This document shows, in pieces, positions 55,231 to 64,000 of a DNA stretch of 64,000 nucleotides. A model generated the notes under the pieces. The model worked only from the letters and a program-made list of their open reading frames with translations. It ran no database searches and was not told the DNA's origin. Positions within the stretch are counted from its first letter, which is position 1; each line of letters opens with the position of its first letter. The translations under genes were made by a program, and so were the position numbers. The DNA is from Eledone cirrhosa (taxonomy: Eukaryota), in NCBI GenBank assembly GCA_964016885.1, contig OZ024750.1:12586001-12650000 (forward strand), written 5' to 3'.

Positions 55231-56919
55231 GTAAATATATTCTTATTATTTCTCTAATATTTCACCTGCTTTTGTACACACTCTTCTAAATAATAACTTA
55301 CTCAGCACCTTTTCTATCAAACTTAGTCTTCTATATGTTTCCTTAAAAAAAAAAAAAAAGAATTACACACAAATTGCTACTGTAGTTTTCTTTAGTTTTC
55401 ATTTCCAGAATTTATACATATCTCTTCTAACATATTCCTCACACAATATTTAGTAAATCAGCTGGCAATCAGGGATTGTAAATTACTCACAAGGATAGAT
55501 TGAAAGATAGTTAGTAGAAGGAATATAACTATTACAGTCTGTGAGTGAGAAATGAATTGAATTGGATTTTGGTTAGAAAGAATGATTAAATTGTGCATTA
55601 GTTGATTGCTGGTTGAGTTAAGACTGCAGATTTTAGATGTTGATGAATTAAAGAGACATCTCACAAGGACAGGCATGGAATGAAGTCTGACATTTTTTTT
55701 TTTTCTGATAGTCATTATTGTTTAGTTTTCTTTTGCCTGAGAATGAGAGGAAATTGAGATATAAAGGTTTTTGTAACTTGTCCAGAGCTACATAAGTGAG
55801 AGTTATTTAAGATTGGTCTTATATGTAGGAATTTATTACCACAAGAAGTTACAGTAGAATCAAGTTGAAAATTTATTTAACAAAGGGAATTGATGCTGGT
55901 CTCAAGTGTATTGGAAGCATTAATGAAAAATTCCAATCAAACTGGGTTAGACTCAGTTCACTGAGAATTTGTTGCAGTGATTAAATGTTTAATGATATCA
56001 GAATAACTAAGAGATCTGTGTGGTTTATGTAAATTTAAAATTGGAAGGAAACTACAGTTCTTGGGGTATGCTTCACTTATTCCGAAGAGGATGGAGAGAG
56101 ATTAAGTTGGAATGTAGTACAGAATATTTGAAGTCTTATGCAATGAATTTAAATATAGAACTGCTACACTAGTTAGTTTTAGGTGGCATCGAGTTAAGTT
56201 GAGCAAAAGATATTACAGTATTGGAATACGAAGTAGGAAATGGACACAAAATGTTGGATGAGTGTTTGAAAAGTATTGGTCTTGTCCATAAAAAGGGATG
56301 ACATTTTGCTAGATATAGTTTACAACATGTGTGATTGTGAAGATGTGTAACGCTTTGAAAGATGTTAGAAAGTGTTTGAAGATAAAACTCTAGCTTTTAT
56401 AATGTACACATTACTATGTGAAAAGAAAAGAGGGCTTTCATGATAGTTTGTCAAAGGCTAGCTAATATTTTGAATTGTGTGTTTGTGATAAGGATTGCAG
56501 TGTTGCAGATTATTTTCTGTGGTGAGTGTAAATTTAAGTTCTCAAATTAAATGTTTTTGAGCTCTGAACTTTACGTTAGAAAGTTACAGGGGTGGGTGTT
56601 GAAGTTGCATGTGAAAGACAGGTATAGAAAGAGATTGACAAGTAATTTCATTAAAATAGGAAAGTGGAAGTTTATTTAATTGAAGTTGACAGCTAGTAAT
56701 GTAATTAACTCTATCAGGGTTTGTAGAGAAATACAGCCATTTTCTAAAACTATAGATGTCTTAACCTTATATGTATATTGTTAATATGAAAAATAAGACA
56801 CCTCAGAACAGTTGTGGATTTAAACCTCTCCAATTCTACCCGACTTCTAGAAAAGTGATATATCTTATTTCGCTACACTTATCGTAACTATTATGAAATT
56901 TAATTGTTTTTAATTGCAG

Positions 56920-57062
56920 CATCTGCCAAATTAGAGACCAAATTTGTAGAAGATGCTGTTCATCAGTTGTTGAAAGCAAGATGTGTTTTAAAGTGTTCTT
57001 ATGTCTATGCATACTATTTAGATGGCCCTGGCTACAAAAAAATAGTTTTTGAATGTATGCAG
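56920..57062 (+). CDS. ANKIB1: ANKIB1 exon, Ariadne domain (SAKLETKFVEDAVHQLLKARCVLKCSYVYAYYLDGPGYKKIVFECMQ)
   Basis: ttgcag acceptor, GTATAG donor; phase 1 to 0. Confidence 0.93.
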
Positions 57063-57160
57063 GTATAGTATTACTATTTTATCATTCTGCTTTGCCTCAT
57101 CAAAAATTATATTTAAAATTTCTTTTTCTTTTTATCTTAATTTTTATTTCTATATTTCAG

Positions 57161-57373
57161 ACAGAGTTGGAAGAATGTACTGAAATTTTATCTCAGATAG
57201 TAAACCGTCTTTATCTGCGGACTCCACGTAGAAGGATAATAGAACAGGCTCATATAGTTCAACGTAAAAGACATGAGTTTATTGCTGCAATTGTGAAAGG
57301 TTTGGTACCCCCTGAAACACCACCAGCTATGCGAAAACGCAAACGAAAAAAATACAGTATAGATCTGGAGGAT
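57161..57373 (+). CDS. ANKIB1: ANKIB1 exon, end of Ariadne domain plus basic NLS-like stretch (TELEECTE...YLRTPRRR...RKRKRKKYSIDLED)
   Basis: tttcag acceptor, GTAAGC donor; 213 nt. Confidence 0.93.
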
Positions 57374-57935
57374 GTAAGCAAAATGTTCTTTTTTATTGTC
57401 GTCTAAATATATCTTTTGATGTGTTCATTTGCTCACTTCAATCATAGAATCAGCAACATTTTTACACATCAATGAATGTTTTTGATCTTTAAAAGATTTT
57501 TTTTAAAAGTACTATATTTGGCATATGAGACCCTTTTCCTCCCTCAATATCACCCAAGTTTTATATGCGTAATTGAGTTATCTGGTAGGCTAAGTCGTAT
57601 TGTATATTCTCTGCTAAAATGGGAAATATATTTGGGGTTCCTGAGATATCTGATAGGCTATATTTTATTTTATATTTTCTGCCGAAATGGGGATTATACC
57701 AGGGGTTCCTGTATGCCATCTAATGCAGTATCTTTCAGAAAACCATTTCTTCAATGTTCCCTCAATTACTACAAGTCTTTAGCCTAATAACATGCAAGAA
57801 TTTTGCAAAATTGATGCAAGTTTTCAAAAATATTCTGTTTTGTTTATAAATATTCATTTCTAATTAAGAATTTGGATGAAAATTTATTTACTAATTAATA
57901 TATATATTTTTTTTAAATGTTCTATTTCTTTCTAG

Positions 57936-58107
57936 GAAGAACTACGTAAAGCTATCTTAGCATCCATTCAGGAAGTTGATCCTTCTAATCCTTGGATTAA
58001 AGATGCATCTGGGCGACATACCAATGTTATGGCTGTTCTAGATTGGCCTGATTCAGATAGCGATAGTTCAGAAGCTGATACAACTGGAACATCATTGAAA
58101 TCTATTG
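57936..58107 (+). CDS. ANKIB1: ANKIB1 exon with UIM-like motif (EELRKAILASIQE...DWPDSDSDSSEADTTGTSLKSI)
   Basis: tctag acceptor, GTATTT donor; open frame, phase 0 to 1. Confidence 0.85.
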
Positions 58108-58681
58108 GTATTTAAAATGTTCAATAATTTTGCAGTGCACCTATTTTAAATGTCTATTTAGCTGGAAGGTTTAACTATATTGTTGCCTATCTTACATATT
58201 ATTTATCATTTGCTTCAAGAAAATTGCTCTCTTCTTATATTTTGTTCATTAAATTTATCTTCATTATACTTTACTTTGCTATTAGGCAACTGTACTCTTG
58301 ATATATCACAAGAGTATATGTAATTTTTCTATTGACTATATTGTAATTGTTTACACAGATTCTTTAGCATTATCATTTTACTGAAATATCAATTTTATGA
58401 AAAGTTCATTTCACTCCATTACTCCAACCTATCATTCAGATATTTATTAAATAGAAACAATATATTAAATATATATTTTATATTGTTGTTCCTAAATTAG
58501 TTTTTTTCTCATTAACTTGAACACTTCTTCAGTTAGGTTTCTTTTTCTTCCTTGTGTTTCCTTTCCTCTGAAATGACATCATCTGATGACCTGATTCTCA
58601 CAGCTTTACTATATTCAGTTTTGGTCCTTTGCATTTAAACATTATAATAGCTAAGTTATCAGTTAGGGTTGTGTTTTTTAG

Positions 58682-58804
58682 GGAAATGTTCCCGTTCTGG
58701 CTGTAATCATCATCAAGCTTTGAATCCTCGGACTGGAATCTTACATGATCACTGCAGTCTTCATTGCTTGCATTTGGAAAACCAGAAGAATAGCAAGCAT
58801 CAAG
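58682..58804 (+). CDS. ANKIB1: ANKIB1 exon with Cys4 Zn-finger-like motif (KCSRSGCNHHQALNPRTGILHDHCSLHCLHLENQKNSKHQ)
   Basis: ttttag acceptor, GTTGGA donor; 123 nt, symmetric phase 1-1, open frame. Confidence 0.75.
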
Positions 58805-60987
58805 GTTGGATGATGATTTTTACACAGAATCGATTATAAATCTGATCTTCTCATTCCATCTTCTGAAAGTACTTAAACATTTCTGGATTCTGATATATTC
58901 TACAACTCGGACAGAAGTTCCATCTTCCATTATTATATTTAAAATTAGCTACTTTCCAATTTATTGTCATAATATGGAACTTTAAAAATGGTTAACATGT
59001 ATAAAAATTAGATTAAATACTGAAAGAAAATTTTCAATCAATTTTTTTCAGACAAATTAATTACTATATGGCTCATTTATTCTGTAATACTTATTTGTTA
59101 TTCCAATTAGTTTATTGTGGTAACCATAATTTTAATCCTATAATATTCCCAGATATTTTGCTGACTTAAAGTATTAGGCTTCTTACATCTGCCAAGTCTG
59201 ACCTTCCATACAGACTGACTGCAGTACAATATTTTTGTCAATTTAGGTAAATTGAATAACATACTTCCTCTCAGAACAATGAATAAAGTGAAGTCCATTT
59301 AATTTATATTAACATCTTTTGTATTTGACATGAGAAATGATATTTCTTTCAATATTAATCTACATGAGTGCATGTATTTCTCAGTTGGAGCACAGACCAG
59401 AAACATTCATCTAAAGTACTCTCAATAATTGTGAAGCTATACAAAAGAATATTTCTTAATCACTTCAAAAATATTCTCTTCAATTTGGCTGTCTAAGAGA
59501 TGATTCAAGATATAACAAGCTGTATAGATTAGAACTATGAAATATGTTTTGTATATAACTTAGAAACTATGTTCACTGAGAGTCTTGATATTTCTCTAAC
59601 TCTTGTCATGCACAAATAAGTGAAAAGATTTTACTTATTTTGGTTTACTTAGTAATTTACTTTCCAAATTTTGAGGTATGGCAGAAAGAGAATATAATAC
59701 ACATCATTGCTTGCATGTGCTTATTGATACAATAATCTTTCAAGTTTTTTTTATTAAAAAATCAAGATAAAATCACTCATCAAAGTTCAAAGGTTTTTTT
59801 CTTTCAGAAACCTGATTTTTTTTGTTTCACTGTTTCTATAGATTTTGACTGTGCATCACTTAAATCAAGCTATATTTCCTTATTTTTAAATTCAACAACC
59901 TTTTGACTAATATACAAAATGGTGTTTCTTTTGTGATCAGTTTCTTTTTCTTTCTAAAGTATGTCTCTTAACCAAGATTACTGTTTTCCAAGTCTTCAAA
60001 ATGAATCCTTCGTTTGAAAAAATTCATAAAGAAAATCTATGGCCTATTTTCACAACATTTTTACAGCATAACGTTTCTCAATATTTTTTCAATTACCTTA
60101 ATTTTTAAGTGTGGTTGGATTCATTGCTAATTTCATGAAGGATCTATTTCTGTATTACTAGTTTAAAATTTTTGTATTCTTATCTTTTTGAGATAATATA
60201 TATCTTTTTTAGGGAAGTTCTTATTCATGTTGCTTGTTTTATGCACATTGATTACACAATTTGCACGATATTAAGTTCTAACATAGTTTTTTTTTTTTTG
60301 CTGCTGCATTCCTAAGAGAGCCATTTTTATTATGTTGTTGAAAGTTTTACTACTCGATATGATTCCCTTGAAGAAGATAACTATTGAGAGTAGTTATTGA
60401 TAAAAAGAAAATTATTATTACTAAAATAACTGCTGTAAAAATTGTTTGCCAATCCCCAACAAAGACTTCTAAAGTATTTGAAGAATGAATAAAATCAATG
60501 GAGACTAGAAAACTCAAGTATAAACTAGTTTGAGATTTGTTTTATTGAAATTAAATATAGGATTGATGCTAAAGAGAAAGATGAAGTAGCTTTCATTTGC
60601 AATAACAATAAAAAAAATCTTTTACATTTCTAAATAAATTGAGACTAAGATTGGCAAAAATACGAAACATTTTGTCAGATAAACTGATAAAAGAAACAAG
60701 TTGTTTTTTTCTGTAATTCAAAGAAAATGTAAATAACTTTAACTCAGATATTTTAAATGACTTTACTATAATTTCATTTTATTATAATCAAAATAATAGG
60801 ATTGATGTTTAAGTTATACCAATAAAATTGATAAAATTGTTTTTAATGTTATGATAAATTCTAATCTAATTCTAATTAAAAGAATAAAAAGAATTTTTTT
60901 TTTTTTTTGTTTAATGAAACTAGGCTTTTAATATTGAGAGTGAATTTCCAAGTTCATTAAGAGATGTTCAACATTTTTCTTTTATAG

Positions 60988-61108
60988 ATGGCTTACCTGA
61001 AGTGTTTCTTGATGAACAGATGGAACTGTTAAGAGCTCTAGAAATGTCCAGGCTGCAGTACATGAGAGAATCTGGACTTCTCAACATTCCACAAGCAAAT
61101 TCAGAAAT
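60988..61108 (+). CDS. ANKIB1: ANKIB1 exon with second UIM-like motif (GLPEVFLDEQMELLRALEMSRLQYMRESG...)
   Basis: ttatag acceptor, GTATAT donor; phase 1 to 2. Confidence 0.82.
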
Positions 61109-61454
61109 GTATATATATATATATATATATTTGTTACAAAATATTTCGAAATATCTATCCCATGATTTATCTAATAGTTTTTAAAACCAGAAATATTATG
61201 AACAAAACTAATGTATTGAATGACATTTAAAATTTTTCATTGACATAAATTAGGACTTAATTTCTATTATTTTACTGCTTTCAGTCATTAGATTGTGGCC
61301 ATACTGGGGCACTTCTTTCTAGGGATTTCTTCTTAGACTGATTTTCATTGTCAAAATTAATTATAAATTAACTTAATTAAAAAAAAGAAACTTGAAAATA
61401 AATTATTATAAATGATTCTACACAACTTGATATAAGTTTATTGTGATTTTCTAG

Positions 61455-61639
61455 TGATATCAACTCCTTAGATGTGCAAGATAATGGTTTCTCCACTGCT
61501 GCTCCTAATCCAGGCTTCATTGACTCTCATAATACCAACACAGCAGAAACATTAACATCAGCTACTAATCAAAGTGACCAAAATGCTTCAACAGAATTCA
61601 GCCAGCAACTTCAGACCATGTTGTCCAATATTTTAAATG
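61455..61639 (+). CDS. ANKIB1: ANKIB1 exon, low-complexity tail (DINSLDVQDNGF...QTMLSNILN)
   Basis: ttctag acceptor, GTAATC donor; phase 2 to 1, matching both neighbours. Confidence 0.78.
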
Positions 61640-61727
61640 GTAATCCTTTTAAACTTATTGCCAATTATTTACTAATTCTCAGCACTTAAGAACTAATTCA
61701 TTACATAATAGAAACAGTTAACACATA

Positions 61728-61804
61728 TAGGGTGGGGGTATAAAGATCTCCCACATCTTCTTTATATCCCTTTAAAATGTGGGTGATCTTTATACCCCAC
61801 CCTG
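61728..61804. mobile_element. 77-bp Tc1/mariner-type mini-MITE
   Basis: TA|tAGGGTGGGGGTATAAAGATCTCCCACAT...ATGTGGGTGATCTTTATACCCCACCCTG|TA. Confidence 0.7.
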
Positions 61805-61895
61805 TATTACAGACAAAATCCTTATGGAATACCTTCTTTAGGTACATTTTGATGCACATATCACATGTTCAAATTAGTAAACTAGAAACTAAGGG

Positions 61896-62056
61896 TTTTT
61901 GATTTAGATACAAGGCCAACAATTTTCAGATGGAAGGAATACATCGATTAAACTGACCCCAGTGCATTACTGGTACTTTATTCTATCAACCTCATAAGGA
62001 TGAAATGCAAAGCTAACCTTGACGGGATTTGAAATCAGAACATAAAAGATCGTAGC
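61896..62056 (-). mobile_element. Diverged SINE family B
   Basis: Reverse-complement core CTGGTACTTTATT...AAGGATGAAA. Confidence 0.7.
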
Positions 62057-62402
62057 TTTGTGCAGTTGAGATGTTGGTTTTAGGAAGAGATTCTTTACCT
62101 TTCAGAATCTAGAGAATCAATTTGACTGGTATATACTACAAAACACATTCTTTATTGGATGATATCTAACTCCCACAATTCATAGAGCTACCTCACAACA
62201 CTAACTACATCATCATTGCTTAATATCCATTTTTCCATGCTAGTATGGGTTAGACAAGTTATCCCATTATGAGACAAGCCAGGTCAGGTGATTTTTGGCT
62301 TGATTTCTATGACTAGAAATAAATAAAAATTATTAAAACAGAAAGACTAAACCAACTCTAATGTGTACTGCTCATGAGAATTTATTTTTATTTATCTTTC
62401 AG

Positions 62403-63304
62403 AGGCTGTAGAGCAAATGCAGTCCAACACCCCTGATGTACGGGTAAAAAGAGATTTATCCCAAATAGAGAATGTGCCACCTTCAGTACCAATAATGTGT
62501 GTTGGTAACAATGAGAATATCCTTTCCAGATCATACAATTCTAAAATGTCATTAGAATCTGAAATTGCAACAGATGAACTTGAACAGCTCGGAGCTTATG
62601 CTGGAGCCCAAACAAAACCATTACCAATATCACCACCTTCTACCAATTCTTGTTTTGGTATTATAAAAGATCTGTCAGTTACCAATATTCTTGCTACTGA
62701 TGAGGATAAGACTAATAGCTTTTTGAATAAAGACTTTAGTTTGGGCATTAAAAAAACTGACGTTTGCAGCAAATATGAAGACGTGTCAGTCTCACAGAGT
62801 CATTCAAGATCCTTTGACAATTCAAATGGGTTGAATCAATCATTAGATATTTCAGCTAATAACTGCTTAAAAAGGGTTGAAATGACTGCTGACTGTACTG
62901 ATGGAGACTGTGAGAATACTAAAGGAAAATCAAACTTTGTTGACAAAGCCAAAAATACAGTTGAACATTTTGACAGAGATTGTGTGTCCTTGTTAGAGAT
63001 TTCACAAAATCTATTATACATGACTGAATCATTATTTGAAAATAACGAGCAAGACATTGCAATTGATTCATCCAATGAGGTTCCTAGAGAAATCAACATT
63101 TCTAAACCACCAGAAACAAGTACCAGAAACTTAATTGTCGGTGATCTAAATAGAGTGAGTAATGGTAATGATCAGGTGAATGAAGATTATGATAACCAAT
63201 GTACTGCTTCTTGTGATCCGACAGTGAACCAAGAGATAAATACAACAGCAAATGATAATAATGGAAATCACGAGGAAAGCGTTGGTCAATATTTCTCTGT
63301 TTAA
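62403..63304 (+). CDS. ANKIB1: ANKIB1 terminal coding exon, acidic/Asn/Ser-rich disordered tail ending GQYFSV*
   Basis: tttcag acceptor at 62401-62402; 900-nt open frame (ORF 62417-63304) to TAA. Confidence 0.85.
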
Positions 63305-63856
63305 TCTATTTATTTGATAAAGAAAAAATTAAAACATGCCTCACATTAAAATTGGTGAATGGGTTGCGTATAGTATGGAAATTTAGAATGTAATGCTTTT
63401 GAAAATAATATTGCATGTGACCTGCATTTATTTATTTTGAAAACGGTTTTTAATGGTTGTAGAAGGCATTTTGTCGGTAAATATAACAATTTACCTCAAT
63501 TGTGATTTTTGTATTGTTAATATTTTATGAAAACTTGTTGTGTACAAACAAACCCTATTTATGTTTCAAATTTGATGAGAATCTAGACTGCAATATCACC
63601 TATTTTCATACAAGCCTCTGTTTCTATGGTCATTCATATTTTTGCATTTTGGTGAAGAAATAAACTATCTCTCATTATTGCTGAGTTATTTTCTTCAAAT
63701 CCCTAATTTTCAGCATTTAAACATATTATTAAAGGAATTAATCAAAACTGTCCTTAATTTTTATTTCCATTGATTTTTTTTTTTATTTCATCTTCTAAAG
63801 CAGAAAGGTAAGGAACTAATTTTATTAGTGAAATTTCAGATATTTATGATATATAA

Positions 63857-63960
63857 TGACCGTGACAAGTGGAGAGATGCTGTGCTGAATAGGACCCGTC
63901 CAACCCTTGCAAGCAGGGGAAAAGCGGACGTAAAATGATAATGATAATGATGATGATGAT
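63857..63960 (+). mobile_element. RTE LINE 3' end fragment (DRDKWRDAVLNRTRP plus (ATG)n tail) downstream of the stop codon
   Basis: Matches the reverse complement of 44708-44805 and the SINE family A tail. Confidence 0.7.
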
Positions 63961-64000
63961 TGTATTATATATATGTAATACAGTGTATTATATATTATAT

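Noticed and set aside
55900-56720. Possible very old LINE RT relic on the minus strand (AFDKL-like at ~56435-56458)
   Set aside because: Only one short degenerate motif was visible; this cannot be supported without a profile search.

Overview
AT-rich eukaryotic (animal) genomic DNA. The SINE and LINE repertoire resembles that of octopus or another coleoid cephalopod, which is an inference. The window holds the 3' part of one + strand gene, an ANKIB1-type Ariadne RBR E3 ubiquitin ligase. I read 16 coding exons (1658-63304) with GT-AG introns and matching phases, giving about 980 codons: RING1, IBR, RING2/Rcat, Ariadne domain, two UIM-like motifs, a Cys4 Zn-finger-like exon and a disordered tail. 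The N-terminal ankyrin exons lie upstream of the window. A 34.5-kb intron (16573-51053) contains a ~10-kb block of (TA)n microsatellite with a nearly intact 5'-truncated CR1-type LINE and SINEs nested in it. The introns also carry two tRNA-derived SINE families, RTE LINE relics, piggyBac- and Tc1/mariner-type MITEs, several minisatellites, many fold-back hairpins and a Penelope-type minimal hammerhead ribozyme motif. The most unusual observations are tandem duplications of splice junctions at three RING1-IBR exons (including a 40-bp array of donor sites), the hammerhead motif, a hairpin element family found only inside TA tracts, and the extra Zn-finger-like cassette exon. Most long ORFs in the supplied track are microsatellite artefacts.
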